Shown here one piece after another: positions 1 to 10,826 of a stretch of DNA of 64,000 bases. A program made the translations under genes and the position numbers. Position 1 is the stretch's first letter, and each line of letters begins with the position of its first letter. The stretch lies in the sequence record SRR2962707_3801; one strand, given 5' to 3'. Under the pieces are notes generated by a model, which had not been told where the DNA came from, did no database searches, and was given only the letters and a program-made list of their open reading frames with translations.

Positions 1-20
1 TATTTTATATCCAGGCGATT

Positions 21-50
21 CCCCCTTTATCTAAAGGGGGCTAGGGGGAT
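21..50. repeat. C/G-rich REP-like hairpin (CCCCCTTTA-TC-TAAAGGGGG-CTAGGGGGAT)
   Basis: 9-bp inverted repeat 21-29/32-40 followed by a G-rich tail. Similar units occur at ~681-730, 40481-40510, 40796-40812 and 42829-42860. Confidence 0.55.
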
Positions 51-60
51 TAGTACGCAC

Positions 61-91
61 AAAAAAAGCACAAGCGCTACCACCTGTGCTT
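61..91 (-). terminator. Probable intrinsic terminator of the 116..580 gene
   Basis: AAGCACA...TGTGCTT stem next to an A7 run (U-tract on the minus strand), just past the stop codon. Confidence 0.5.
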
Positions 92-115
92 AGTTGAAAT
101 AACTTTTATAATGCA

Positions 116-580
116 TTATAGCATTTCCAAAGTCCATGTTTTTTGATAGAAAAGGTAGTTATCTCCTTCTTCATTGTACTCGTAATCATCCAGATCATCA
201 GGCTCATGTTCAGCCCATTCCATTTCACTGGATGACTCAAATTTTACGTCAAAAACCAATGTCCCGTCTCCATTGAGATCGATTGTGAGCACGCCTCCGA
301 CGTAGGTATAGGTGAATGGCCCATTTGAGCCTATCTTAACAGTATTCTGAGTTACAACTACTTCTAAACCTTCGAATTCTTCATCGGGATCATTGGTCTT
401 AACTACACCATTGTCATACTCCCATTCCTCTCCAACTGCAGCTGTAATTTCCCAATCACCTGCAATAGTCTCAATGATTTCGTCATCATCAGGATCAGGG
501 TCGGGATCATCATTGCTGCATGATTCAAACGTTAAAGTTGCTCCTAGAGCAATAATTAATAGTAAGATGAATTTTTTCAT
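116..580 (-). CDS. Acidic lipoprotein, lipocalin-like domain
   Basis: Signal peptide with lipobox (FESC), acidic DP linker, then an 'IAGDW' lipocalin-like GxW motif. Confidence 0.75.
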   Translation of the reverse strand: MKKFILLLIIALGATLTFESCSNDDPDPDPDDDEIIETIAGDWEITAAVGEEWEYDNGVVKTNDPDEEFEGLEVVVTQNTVKIGSNGPFTYTYVGGVLTIDLNGDGTLVFDVKFESSSEMEWAEHEPDDLDDYEYNEEGDNYLFYQKTWTLEML

Positions 581-680
581 AGTAGTGTGTAATTAGTTGA
601 TTATCAGATATATGAATTTACTATTTTATCAAACCAATTCCAAAAGAGCGGTTTTTGCAATGAATGACTTGCTAATCCGA

Positions 681-730
681 AACCCCCGACTTGATTTTGC
701 AAATCAAGTTACCCCTTTTAATAAAGGAGC
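681..730. repeat. REP-like element with inserted hairpin
   Basis: ACTTGATTT-TGC-AAATCAAGT 9-bp IR (689-709) lying between ACCCCC and CCCCTTTTAATAAAGGAG. Confidence 0.4.
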
Positions 731-845
731 TAGAAAATCCTAAACACGCGAAGTAGAACAAGCCTATACCAGTTGAGGCGCTTATTTGTTCTCAAATTTT
801 ATTGGTCTGGTTTTTGGTTCTTATGCTTTTCTAAAAAAAACAACC

Positions 846-1574
846 ATGACCCGAAAACTAGTATTCTTTCCCTTGCTTTTACTGTTCTTGACTAGTGGTA
901 TTCTTGCTCAAGACGCCTTACTAACGGGCAACCGAATCATTGGTGGGGGACTTTCAGTGTCGCAATCAGATAACGAAAATGATTACCCCATTAGCTATAC
1001 CGGATTCTCTGATAAGGTTCGAAATTCTTCCTACTCTTTTTCACCATATTATGGGAGGTTATATGAGGATTATATAATGGTGGGCGTTAGGTTTAAAATT
1101 GGGGGATCAAAAACTGAAAATGATTATGAAGATGAAAGTTCTATCTGGATGACTGATCGTTCCACAAGAGAATATGGAATAGGAGGGTTCTTAAGAAAAT
1201 ATTTTCCTTCAACTGAAAAATTTGGAGTTTTTATTCAATCTGGTGTCGATTTAGGTTGGTCTAAAATGGATGTCGAATATGTAAGAACATTTTTCGATAA
1301 TTCTTTCCCGGATTATCGTGACTTAAACGAATCACGGACACTTAGCGCCGCAATTGATGCAGGGGCCGGGCTATACTTTTTTATCTTACCACAATTAACA
1401 ATAGAGACAAATTTGGCTCGGTTTGCGGTCTCCTATCACGATACTGAAAGGTCTGTAATTATGAATGATGGCGAAGAAAGAGAATCAGGAGAAAGTAGCA
1501 CAATAAACATGAATTTCAACATCATTAATCAGTTCTCCTTCGATAAAGTATTTACTCTAAACTATTATTTCTAA
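846..1574 (+). CDS. Outer-membrane beta-barrel protein (OMP_b-brl-like)
   Basis: Signal peptide from ATG 846 (MTRKLVFF), alternating beta-strand pattern, C-terminal 'LNYYF'. Confidence 0.75.
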   Translation: MTRKLVFFPLLLLFLTSGILAQDALLTGNRIIGGGLSVSQSDNENDYPISYTGFSDKVRNSSYSFSPYYGRLYEDYIMVGVRFKIGGSKTENDYEDESSIWMTDRSTREYGIGGFLRKYFPSTEKFGVFIQSGVDLGWSKMDVEYVRTFFDNSFPDYRDLNESRTLSAAIDAGAGLYFFILPQLTIETNLARFAVSYHDTERSVIMNDGEERESGESSTINMNFNIINQFSFDKVFTLNYYF

Positions 1575-1789
1575 TTGTAAAGAGGATGGTAATTTGAGTG
1601 TCGGGGATTGTTATTGACTTGTTTTTCCTGTTGTCGGGTTTTTCCAAATCATGTATCTGTAGGTTAAAACTACTTCTGTCTTTATTTCTTCTTATGAAAC
1701 AAAATCCCACCATTCATTCTTTATACCCAAAGGATATTTGACCAACCCAGCGTTTGAACCAAATCCCTCCAAATCACCTTCATTTTCAG

Positions 1790-1797
1790 TAAATTTG
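1790..1797 (+). promoter_or_regulatory. Bacteroidota -7 promoter element upstream of icmF
   Basis: TAAATTTG matches TAnnTTTG, 23 nt before the ATG. Confidence 0.5.
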
Positions 1798-1820
1798 TTG
1801 ACCCAAAATTTTGAAGCGAC

Positions 1821-4800
1821 ATGACCCAGGAAGTAGAGATATACAAACCCAAGAATCACATTCGGATCGTTACAGCGGCCTCCCTTTTTGACGGGCACGA
1901 TGCAGCGATCAACATCATGCGACGAATCATCCAGTCTACTGGCTGTGAGGTGATCCACTTGGGCCACAACCGCTCCGTGCAGGAGATCGTAGACTGTGCC
2001 ATCCAGGAAGATGCACAGGCCATCGCCATCACATCCTACCAGGGCGGGCACGTGGAGTACTTCAAATACATGTACGACCTGCTGAAAGAGCGTGGTGCTG
2101 ACATCAAAATCTTCGGCGGAGGTGGAGGCACTATCCTACCGGAAGAAATCGAAGAACTGCACAAGCACGGCATCACAAGGATCTACTCTCCTGATGACGG
2201 ACGCTCCATGGGACTGCAGGGCATGATCAACGATCTGGTAAAGCAAAGCGATTTTGCCGTAGGAGAAAACCTGAATGGCCAGGTGAAGAAAATCAACACG
2301 AATGATCATGCAGCGATCGCAAGGGTCATCTCGGCTGCTGAAAACTATCCGGACCAAAACAGGGAGGAGATGGAAGCTTTGCGCAAGCAGGCAGCAAACA
2401 CTCCAGTATTGGGTATCACCGGAACAGGTGGAGCCGGTAAGTCTTCGTTGGTAGATGAACTGGTTCGTCGCTTCCTTGTCGACTTTAAAGACAAAAACAT
2501 TGCGGTAATCTCCGTCGATCCGTCAAAGCGAAAGACAGGTGGTGCATTGCTCGGAGACCGTATTCGTATGAATGCGATCTTCAATGAGCGGGTGTACATG
2601 AGATCACTGGCTACCCGTCAGTCCAACCTGGCACTATCCAAATATGTTCAGGATGCTATCGACATTGTAAAAGCTGCTGGCTTTGACCTGATCATCCTGG
2701 AAACTTCCGGGATTGGTCAGTCGGACACTGAGATCACAGACCACTCGGATGCATCGCTTTACGTGATGACGCCTGAGTATGGTGCAGCTACCCAGCTGGA
2801 GAAAATTGACATGCTGGACTTTGCGGATATGATCGCCCTCAACAAGTTTGACAAGCGTGGCGCACTGGATGCACTTAGGGATGTGAAAAAGCAGTACCAG
2901 CGGAACCATCAGCTTTGGGATGCGAAAGAGGAAGATCTGCCGGTATTTGGTACCATCGCCTCACAGTTCAATGATCCGGGCATGAATAAGCTGTACTTGT
3001 CGCTGATGAACCTCATCGCTGAGAAAACCGGCGCGGAGTTAAAATCTTCGTTTGCCAGCACGGATGAGATGAGCGAAAAAGTATTCATCATCCCACCGAA
3101 AAGAACTCGATATCTTTCTGAGATCACCGAAACCATTCGTGGCTACAATGAGAAAGCCTTGGAGCAGAAAGAAGTAGCACAGAAACTATACAGTCTGGAG
3201 AAATCAGGTGAAATCTTGAAAGACCAGAAAGACGCTCTAGCGGCCATCGATAAAGCCAAAGAAGAATTGAAGCTGGATCTTGATCCGCACAACTTAAAGC
3301 TTCTGGAAGAGTGGGATGCGAAGAAAGCCAACTACGAAGGTGATGAATACACCTACGAAGTGCGTGGCAAGGAAATCAAAGTGGAAACGACCACCGAAAC
3401 CCTTTCCCACACGAAAGTGCCTAAGGTATCTCTGCCGAAATACGAAGGTTGGGGCGATATCCTGCATTGGAGTTTACAGGAAAACGTACCGGGTGAGTTT
3501 CCATTCACCGCTGGGGTGTTCCCATTCAAACGAAAAGGCGAAGATCCGACACGGATGTTTGCCGGAGAAGGCGGACCGGAACGTACCAATAAACGCTTCC
3601 ACTATGTTTCGCATGGCCTTCCTGCTGCCAGACTCTCCACGGCATTTGATTCGGTAACGCTCTACGGAGAAGACCCGGATTACCGTCCGGACATCTACGG
3701 AAAGATTGGTAACTCCGGGGTAAGCATCTGCTGCCTGGACGATGCGAAGAAATTATACTCAGGATTTGACCTGTGTGATCCAACTACTTCTGTATCCATG
3801 ACAATTAATGGTCCTGCTGCGACGATCTGCGCATTTTTCATGAATGCCGCAATTGACCAGCAATGCGAAAAATACATCAAGGAGAATGGGCTGGAAAAAG
3901 AAGTAGAGAAGAAAATTGAGAAAATTTACAAAGATCGAGGAGTAGCTCGGCCTACTTATAAAGGTGATTTACCAGAAGGTCACAATGGACTTGGACTGAT
4001 GTTGCTGGGCGTAACCGGTGATCAGGTGTTGCCCGCAGATGTATACCAGGAAATGAAAGTAAAGGCACTTTCATCAGTGCGTGGTACAGTACAAGCAGAT
4101 ATTTTGAAAGAAGATCAGGCACAAAACACCTGCATTTTCTCTACGGAGTTCTCACTGAGACTGATGGGAGATGTGCAGCAGTACTTCATTGACAATCAGG
4201 TAAGAAATTTTTACTCTGTTTCTATCTCGGGCTATCACATTGCCGAGGCGGGAGCAAATCCGATTACGCAGCTGGCATTTACATTGGCAAATGGGTTCAC
4301 ATTTGTGGAATACTACCTGTCGCGTGGCATGGACATCAATGCATTTGCACCAAACCTTTCGTTCTTCTTCTCCAATGGCGTGGATGCGGAATATGCAGTG
4401 ATTGGGCGTGTGGCTCGAAGAATCTGGTCTAAGGCGATGAAGCTGAAATATGGAGCGAATGAGCGTGCGCAGAAGCTGAAGTACCACATCCAGACTTCTG
4501 GTCGTTCACTTCACGCACAGGAGATTGATTTCAACGATATACGAACCACGCTTCAGGCACTTTATGCCATTTACGATAACTGTAATTCACTGCATACGAA
4601 TGCATATGATGAGGCGATTACAACGCCTACCGAAGGGTCGGTTCGTCGTGCCATGGCTATCCAGCTTATCATCAACAAAGAGCTTGGATTGGCGAAGAAT
4701 GAAAACCCGATGCAGGGATCGTTCATAACCGAGGAGCTGACTGACTTGGTTGAGGAAGCGGTAATGATGGAGTTTGACCGCATCACTGAGCGTGGTGGTG

Positions 4801-5180
4801 TGTTGGGTGCTATGGAGAGCATGTATCAGAGAGGCAAGATTCAGGAGGAGTCGCTGTATTACGAGACCAAGAAGCATACCGGTGAACTACCGATCATTGG
4901 CGTGAATACTTTCCTTTCTTCCAAAGGTTCACCTACCATTATCCCTGATGAGGTGATCCGCGCAACCAAGGACGAGAAGGAGCAGCAGATTACGAATCTC
5001 AATGCGTTGAAAGAAGGGAATGAAGAGAAGGCAGAAGAGATGCTAAGCATGCTTCAGGAAACAGCATTGAAAAATGAGAATACGTTTGCTACACTAATGG
5101 AAGCGACGAAGTACTGCTCTTTGGGTCAGATCACGCATGCCATGTTTGAGGTGGGTGGTCAGTACAGACGCAATATGTAA
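1821..5180 (+). CDS. icmF: Fused isobutyryl-CoA mutase / MeaB-like GTPase (B12-dependent)
   Basis: N-terminal B12-binding '[15 protein letters not shown]', P-loop '[12 protein letters not shown]', 'LETSGIGQ', C-terminal mutase barrel 'TRMFAGEG' and '[10 protein letters not shown]'; 1119 aa. Confidence 0.95.
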   Translation: MTQEVEIYKPKNHIRIVTAASLFDGHDAAINIMRRIIQSTGCEVIHLGHNRSVQEIVDCAIQEDAQAIAITSYQGGHVEYFKYMYDLLKERGADIKIFGGGGGTILPEEIEELHKHGITRIYSPDDGRSMGLQGMINDLVKQSDFAVGENLNGQVKKINTNDHAAIARVISAAENYPDQNREEMEALRKQAANTPVLGITGTGGAGKSSLVDELVRRFLVDFKDKNIAVISVDPSKRKTGGALLGDRIRMNAIFNERVYMRSLATRQSNLALSKYVQDAIDIVKAAGFDLIILETSGIGQSDTEITDHSDASLYVMTPEYGAATQLEKIDMLDFADMIALNKFDKRGALDALRDVKKQYQRNHQLWDAKEEDLPVFGTIASQFNDPGMNKLYLSLMNLIAEKTGAELKSSFASTDEMSEKVFIIPPKRTRYLSEITETIRGYNEKALEQKEVAQKLYSLEKSGEILKDQKDALAAIDKAKEELKLDLDPHNLKLLEEWDAKKANYEGDEYTYEVRGKEIKVETTTETLSHTKVPKVSLPKYEGWGDILHWSLQENVPGEFPFTAGVFPFKRKGEDPTRMFAGEGGPERTNKRFHYVSHGLPAARLSTAFDSVTLYGEDPDYRPDIYGKIGNSGVSICCLDDAKKLYSGFDLCDPTTSVSMTINGPAATICAFFMNAAIDQQCEKYIKENGLEKEVEKKIEKIYKDRGVARPTYKGDLPEGHNGLGLMLLGVTGDQVLPADVYQEMKVKALSSVRGTVQADILKEDQAQNTCIFSTEFSLRLMGDVQQYFIDNQVRNFYSVSISGYHIAEAGANPITQLAFTLANGFTFVEYYLSRGMDINAFAPNLSFFFSNGVDAEYAVIGRVARRIWSKAMKLKYGANERAQKLKYHIQTSGRSLHAQEIDFNDIRTTLQALYAIYDNCNSLHTNAYDEAITTPTEGSVRRAMAIQLIINKELGLAKNENPMQGSFITEELTDLVEEAVMMEFDRITERGGVLGAMESMYQRGKIQEESLYYETKKHTGELPIIGVNTFLSSKGSPTIIPDEVIRATKDEKEQQITNLNALKEGNEEKAEEMLSMLQETALKNENTFATLMEATKYCSLGQITHAMFEVGGQYRRNM

Positions 5181-5199
5181 TTCGAATCAATATACCACC

Positions 5200-5223
5200 C
5201 ATCCTGAGCGAAGCGAAGGATCT
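5200..5223. repeat. REP-like unit CATCCTGAGCGAAGCGAAGGATCT
   Basis: ATCCT...AGGAT arms; resembles the GTCAT...ATCT-type unit at 26301. Confidence 0.45.
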
Positions 5224-5273
5224 CTGACAATACCGTAGAAATTTGAAAGAAGCAATTAACTATAATATAAATC

Positions 5274-5303
5274 AAAGCCTCGCCACTCGCGGGGCTTTTT
5301 TAT
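5274..5303 (+). terminator. Intrinsic terminator after icmF
   Basis: AAAGCCTCGC-CACTC-GCGGGGCTTT followed by a T-run. Confidence 0.8.
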
Positions 5304-5385
5304 TCGCTTACCAATTTTTTCTTCTCGGTACCTGTAAGTTTTTTAAGTTGCGGTGCACTAATCACAATGAACTAAAATTAGACGA

Positions 5386-6276
5386 ATGAAACTCACGATT
5401 TCTAACCTTTCAAAAACCTACAAAAACGGGGTAAAAGCACTTGATGATGTATCACTCGAAATCTCATCAGGTATGTTCGGACTTCTCGGACCAAATGGCG
5501 CTGGAAAATCTTCTTTAATGCGGACCATTGCTACCCTTCAAACACCGGATACTGGCACCATCCACCTGGATGACATGGATGTACATCAAAACCAGATGGA
5601 ATTCAGAAAACGTCTGGGCTACCTTCCTCAGGAGTTTGGTGTGTATGGTAAGATGTCTGCAGAGGCGTTGCTGGAGTATTTTGCTACGCTCAAAGGTGTG
5701 GCAACTAAAGCTGAGCGTGACGCCATCGTTAAAAGTGCCTTGGAGGTCACCAACCTTTACGACGTGCGAAAGAAGCACGTAGCTAAATACTCCGGGGGAA
5801 TGAAGCAGCGATTCGGGATTGCCCAGCTATTGCTGAATGATCCTAAGCTTATCATTGTGGATGAGCCGACCGCCGGCCTTGACCCTACCGAACGTCAGCG
5901 ATTCCTTAACGTTCTGCGAGAAATCGGAACCAATAACATCGTTATTTTTTCTACACACATCGTGGATGATGTGAAAGAATTGTGCACGGACATGGCGATC
6001 CTGAATGGGGGCAAAATCTTGTCCCATCAAACGCCTAAAGAGGCCGTGAAATCACTTGCTGGTAAGATGTGGAAGAAAGTAATTGATCGAGAAGATCTCG
6101 AGGCTGAAGAAGCAAAATTCAATGTCATTTCGTCCAGTTTCAATGACGACAATACGGTGAACATTCGAGTGATGGCAGATGCAAATCCGGGAGACGGATT
6201 TCAATCAGTGGATGCCAACCTGGAGGATGTGTACTTCACCACACTTGGACAGGACAAAGAAGTTTCAGTAGCCTAA
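5386..6276 (+). CDS. ABC transporter ATP-binding protein (ABC-2 type)
   Basis: Walker A GPNGAGKS, signature YSGGMKQR, Walker B IIVDEP, H-loop STH. Confidence 0.95.
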   Translation: MKLTISNLSKTYKNGVKALDDVSLEISSGMFGLLGPNGAGKSSLMRTIATLQTPDTGTIHLDDMDVHQNQMEFRKRLGYLPQEFGVYGKMSAEALLEYFATLKGVATKAERDAIVKSALEVTNLYDVRKKHVAKYSGGMKQRFGIAQLLLNDPKLIIVDEPTAGLDPTERQRFLNVLREIGTNNIVIFSTHIVDDVKELCTDMAILNGGKILSHQTPKEAVKSLAGKMWKKVIDREDLEAEEAKFNVISSSFNDDNTVNIRVMADANPGDGFQSVDANLEDVYFTTLGQDKEVSVA

Positions 6277-6288
6277 ATCAGCCGTCGT

Positions 6289-9200
6289 ATGTTTTTTAAG
6301 ATATTTTCATTCGAGATAAAATATTGGGTTAAGAATCCACTGTTTTACATCTACGTCGGGTCACTTTTCGCAATTGCTACTTTGGCGATGGCATCCAGTG
6401 CCGGGCTATTCGATTCGGTTACCGTCACCAGGAGTTCGATCGCCTATATCAACTCAGCATTTTCATTAAATAACTTTATCAATGGCTTTACCATTATTGG
6501 GTTTTTCCTGATTCCGTCCATTGTGGGTGGCACGATTGCTAAAGACTATACCACGAACACCAGCAATGTGCTGTATTCGTTTCCTTTTACTAAGTCGAGT
6601 TACCTGTTTGCGAAGTATTTAAGTGGGCTGGTGATTACCATTTTGGTATTGCTTTCGGTGGCACTGGGTGCGATGGTTGGAGGCTACCTGCCGGGAACAA
6701 ATCCCGAGTTATCAGGTCCTTTCAATTTGTTTAATTACATTCAGCCTTATCTGATCTATGTCATTCCGAACCTGATCTTTTTTAGTGCGATCGTTTTTGG
6801 AGTAGTTACATTTTCGAGAAATGTAGCGTCCGGTTTTGTTGCCATTCTTGCGTTATTTCTACTTCAGGGTGTGGCAGAAACGATCATCGGGAACATGGAT
6901 GATAAGGAGTTGGGTGCATTGCTGGATCCATTCGGAGCAGGTGCAAGCAGCTATTATACCGAATACTGGACAGTGGCCGAGCAAAACGAAAACTTTCTCC
7001 CATTTGAAGGTTATATCATTTATAACCGGTTGATCTGGGGAGGATTGGGGCTGTTGGTTTATTTCGGAGTTTTCTCTGTTTTTAGATTTTCACACAATCC
7101 ACTGGCGTTTTCATTTAAGAAGAAAGCAGGTGTACGATCTACTAAAAACAACTTTGGTAGCATGGTCCGCATTAATCTGCCGAAGGTGACGTTTGATTAC
7201 AGTTTCCTTAATCGGATTAAAACGGCCTGGACACTATCTAACAGTGATTTCCTTTTTGTGGTTAAAAGCTGGCCTTTCATTATCATTTCCCTGATCGGAC
7301 TTTTGATATTGACCACTACATTGGCGGTGGGGCAGCAAATATGGGGCACCACTACCTATCCGGTGACCTGGCAAATGCTCGATATCGCCGGAAATGTGTT
7401 TACCACGTTGGCGATCTTACCGATAACATACCTGTATTCAGGCATGCTGATCCATCGTCATCGCTTATCGAAGATCGATCAGATGGTAGATGTTACGCCA
7501 GTGCCAAACTGGACCATGTTGTTTTCAAAGTTTTTGGCGCTGTTGAAAGTACAGGCTGTACTGCTCTTGTTGATCATGATAGCTGGTATGTTGATACAGA
7601 CCTATGCAGGCTTCTATGACTTTGAAATCAATCTGTATTTAAAGGATCTCTATTTTATCCGTATTTGGAGTATCGTAGTTTGGAGTTTGCTCGCGATCTT
7701 CATTCACACGCTCATTCCAAACTATCTGATCGGATTTTTTGTGACGCTCGGTTTGGCCATTGGGATCGGGTTTCTCGATTCGATTGGTATCGAGCAGTCC
7801 ATTTTCAAATACAATCAGGGGCCCGGAACAAGCTATTCACCGATGAATGGCTATGGTAGCTCCCTACGTCCGTATCTCATTTATAAGTTTTATTGGTTGT
7901 TGCTGGGAGGTGCGCTTTATGTATTCGCCATTGCTTTCTGGAAGCGGGGAGTGCCATCATCTTATAAAAACCGATTGAAGGTGGGATTTCAATCTTTCAC
8001 AAGGCCTTTACAGGTGGCATTCTTTTCATTGCTTATCCTGTTTCTTGGTCTGGGGTACCTCATTTGGTATGAAAACAATGTTGAGAACGAGTACACCTCT
8101 CAAAAGGAAGGGGAGCTTCAGCGAGTGGAGCAGGAAAAACAGTATTCAAAGTATGAAGCAATGGCTCAGCCTCGAATTGTTGACGTAAAAGTGGATCTGG
8201 ATTTAATGCCGGAAACACGAGATTTTAAAGCAAAGGGAACCTATGTCCTGGTAAACAAAACCGAAGAGGTTATTGATTCGGTATTGCTAAATCATAATAG
8301 CTACCCGAGTGAATTCGCATTTTCTGTGCCCAATGAACGCGTACTTGAAGATACGGTTTACAACTTTGATTTTCACGTGCTGGAAAAACCGATGATGCCC
8401 GGTGATTCAATCACGTTCACTTTTGAGGTATGGAATGAACCTAATACATGGTTGCGTACTAACTCACCTGTTCGTGAAAACGGAACATTCATGAATAATG
8501 GAATCTTTCCAACGTTTGGTTACTCCGGCCAGGGAGAATTGACAGATAATGAAGTACGTAAGAAATATGACCTCCCAGAAAAGGAGCGAATGAAATCTCC
8601 GTATGATACCACTGCCCTTGGGAATACATACATTTCAACTAGCGCAGATTGGATCGACTTTGAGACTGTGGTGAGCACTTCACCCGATCAGATCGCCATA
8701 GCTCCCGGTTACCTTCAGCGCGAATGGGAAGAGGATGGTCGTCGATACTTCCATTACAAAATGGATAGTAAAATGCTCAATTTCTATGCATACCAGTCAG
8801 CTCGGTATGAGGTATTAAAGGATCAATGGAAGGATATCAATATTGAAATTTACTATCACAAAGGACATGAGTATAACCTGGGGCGAATGGTCAAGGGTGT
8901 AAAGCAGGCACTTGAGTATTACACAGAGAACTTCAGCCCTTACCAGCATAAGCAGGTCCGAATCATCGAGTTTCCGCGAACGAGCGGATCTTTCGCTCAG
9001 TCATTCGCCAACACTATTCCATTCTCAGAAGGCATTGGGTTTATTGCCAAAGTGGATGATGACGATCCTGAAGGAGTCGATTACCCATTTAGCGTTACGG
9101 CACATGAAGTAGCTCATCAATGGTGGGCGCATCAGGTGATCGGTGCGAATGTCCAGGGAGCCACACTGATGTCAGAAAGCATGTCTGAGTACAGCAGTTT

Positions 9201-9966
9201 GAAGGTGTTGAAGAAAGAGCGAGGAGAGGAGCAAATGCGATCCTTCCTAAAGGATGCATTGGATTCTTATCTTCAGGGTCGTTCCTTCGAGCGATTAAAA
9301 GAAAAGCCGTTGCTATTTAATGAAAATCAGCAATACATCCATTATAATAAAGGATCGCTGATTTTATATGCGCTGAGTGATTACCTGGGAGATGAGGTGT
9401 TCAACGCTGCAATGAGCAGGTACATTGATAGTGTGGCCTTTCAGGAGCCTCCATACACGACTTCACTGGAGTACCTGGAGTTTGTGAAGGAGGCAGTGCC
9501 GGATTCACTCAATTACCTGGTGAGGGACATGTTTGAGACCATCACACTTTATGATAATGAGGTCAAAGACGCTACCTACCGAGAGCTACCTGATGGTAAA
9601 TATGAAGTGAAGTTGAATGCACTTGTAGCCAAGTATCGTGCCGATGAAAAGGGAAAAAGAATGTTTACGGATCCCGACGGTGCGGATAGCCTTTCTTATC
9701 AGGTGGAAGGTGCCAGAAAACCAACCTATTCATTGCCGTTGGCTGATTGGGTCGAGGTAGGGATTTTCACAGAAAAGGAGGTTGATGGTAAGAAGCAGGA
9801 AGTTCCGCTCTATCTGGAGAAACGAAAATTTGACCAAATCAATAATGAGATTACGGTGGTTGTTGACGAAAAACCAACATCAGTGGGTATCGATCCTTAT
9901 AACAAGTTGATAGATGTGGTTTCAAATGATAACCGGATGACTCCAACGGCTGAAGAAACCGAATAA
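6289..9966 (+). CDS. ABC-2 permease fused to an M1-family (gluzincin) aminopeptidase domain
   Basis: About 590 aa of multi-TM N-terminus, then a soluble domain with HEVAH-x18-E and 'IHYNKG'. Confidence 0.88.
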   Translation: MFFKIFSFEIKYWVKNPLFYIYVGSLFAIATLAMASSAGLFDSVTVTRSSIAYINSAFSLNNFINGFTIIGFFLIPSIVGGTIAKDYTTNTSNVLYSFPFTKSSYLFAKYLSGLVITILVLLSVALGAMVGGYLPGTNPELSGPFNLFNYIQPYLIYVIPNLIFFSAIVFGVVTFSRNVASGFVAILALFLLQGVAETIIGNMDDKELGALLDPFGAGASSYYTEYWTVAEQNENFLPFEGYIIYNRLIWGGLGLLVYFGVFSVFRFSHNPLAFSFKKKAGVRSTKNNFGSMVRINLPKVTFDYSFLNRIKTAWTLSNSDFLFVVKSWPFIIISLIGLLILTTTLAVGQQIWGTTTYPVTWQMLDIAGNVFTTLAILPITYLYSGMLIHRHRLSKIDQMVDVTPVPNWTMLFSKFLALLKVQAVLLLLIMIAGMLIQTYAGFYDFEINLYLKDLYFIRIWSIVVWSLLAIFIHTLIPNYLIGFFVTLGLAIGIGFLDSIGIEQSIFKYNQGPGTSYSPMNGYGSSLRPYLIYKFYWLLLGGALYVFAIAFWKRGVPSSYKNRLKVGFQSFTRPLQVAFFSLLILFLGLGYLIWYENNVENEYTSQKEGELQRVEQEKQYSKYEAMAQPRIVDVKVDLDLMPETRDFKAKGTYVLVNKTEEVIDSVLLNHNSYPSEFAFSVPNERVLEDTVYNFDFHVLEKPMMPGDSITFTFEVWNEPNTWLRTNSPVRENGTFMNNGIFPTFGYSGQGELTDNEVRKKYDLPEKERMKSPYDTTALGNTYISTSADWIDFETVVSTSPDQIAIAPGYLQREWEEDGRRYFHYKMDSKMLNFYAYQSARYEVLKDQWKDINIEIYYHKGHEYNLGRMVKGVKQALEYYTENFSPYQHKQVRIIEFPRTSGSFAQSFANTIPFSEGIGFIAKVDDDDPEGVDYPFSVTAHEVAHQWWAHQVIGANVQGATLMSESMSEYSSLKVLKKERGEEQMRSFLKDALDSYLQGRSFERLKEKPLLFNENQQYIHYNKGSLILYALSDYLGDEVFNAAMSRYIDSVAFQEPPYTTSLEYLEFVKEAVPDSLNYLVRDMFETITLYDNEVKDATYRELPDGKYEVKLNALVAKYRADEKGKRMFTDPDGADSLSYQVEGARKPTYSLPLADWVEVGIFTEKEVDGKKQEVPLYLEKRKFDQINNEITVVVDEKPTSVGIDPYNKLIDVVSNDNRMTPTAEETE

Positions 9967-9970
9967 ATTG

Positions 9971-9996
9971 AAAAAGCGGCCTTGAGCCGCTTTTTT
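9971..9996 (+). terminator. Intrinsic terminator (possibly bidirectional)
   Basis: AAAAAGCGGC-CTTGA-GCCGCTTTTTT. Confidence 0.85.
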
Positions 9997-10034
9997 CTTG
10001 TCTTCTATGAAATGCACTTCCTAGTTTTGCGTGC

Positions 10035-10826
10035 ATGAAAATGATGCGCGCAGTACTTGGCTTGGTATCCTTCTTTTTGCTTTTTCATTCACAGGGACAA
10101 ATCCTGAAGGTGGACAAAGGGTTCATGGCATCTGACTCGTCTAATTATTTCTCTGGTGTGGTTGATGCCACCTTTGCCATCAATAATCGCAGCTCTACGG
10201 AAGATCAGCAGAATATTTATGTGGGAGTGAATAACAATGTGGATTTGGTATATATCGCTGAAAAGTCTGCAACAATTCTCATCAGCGGGCTAAACTATTT
10301 CAAAATAGGGGAAGGTCCACTCATCTATAATGGATCCGCCCACTTGCGACAGGTGTTAAGACGATCTGCGACATTGACACCCGAGTTTTTTGTTCAGGGG
10401 CAATTTGATGAATCACGAAATATGGAGTTGAGAGTATTATACGGAGGAGGCCTTCGGTGGAATATCCTGCAAAAGAGCAACTCACTTTTTGCCGGGGTGG
10501 GTATTTTCAGAGAAAATGAGCGGTGGAATGGTCCGGAACAGGAGATCAACAAAGAGCTTTGGAAACTCAATTCCTATCTAAGTGCAGATGTGAAGCTCAC
10601 AGAATCGATCAATGTCAATGCGATTGTTTATTTCCAGTCTGGAAGGGATGGCGCGATAGATGCCTTTAGAAATCGACTCAGTGGTCAACTGGAATTCAAA
10701 AATGCCCTTACCGATAAATTCAAATTAAAAATGACTTCCAATTTTCTTTTGGATGATAAGCCAATCATTCCGCTGAATGAGTTTATCTACGAAGTATACT
10801 TTGGTGTAGAATACAGCTTCAATTAG
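10035..10826 (+). CDS. Outer-membrane beta-barrel protein, DUF481-like
   Basis: Signal peptide, beta-strand periodicity, C-terminal 'GVEYSFN'. Confidence 0.7.
   Translation: MKMMRAVLGLVSFFLLFHSQGQILKVDKGFMASDSSNYFSGVVDATFAINNRSSTEDQQNIYVGVNNNVDLVYIAEKSATILISGLNYFKIGEGPLIYNGSAHLRQVLRRSATLTPEFFVQGQFDESRNMELRVLYGGGLRWNILQKSNSLFAGVGIFRENERWNGPEQEINKELWKLNSYLSADVKLTESINVNAIVYFQSGRDGAIDAFRNRLSGQLEFKNALTDKFKLKMTSNFLLDDKPIIPLNEFIYEVYFGVEYSFN

Noticed and set aside
1575-1820. Cobalamin riboswitch upstream of icmF
   Set aside because: No recognisable B12-box or conserved GGGAA/CCCGC-ACTG elements by eye; the promoter motif lies only 23 nt from the ATG.
1692-5050. Many antisense and alternate-frame ORFs over icmF (similarly over lysS, the amidase and the TonB receptor)
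   Set aside because: Shadow ORFs of strongly supported genes; no recognisable motifs.
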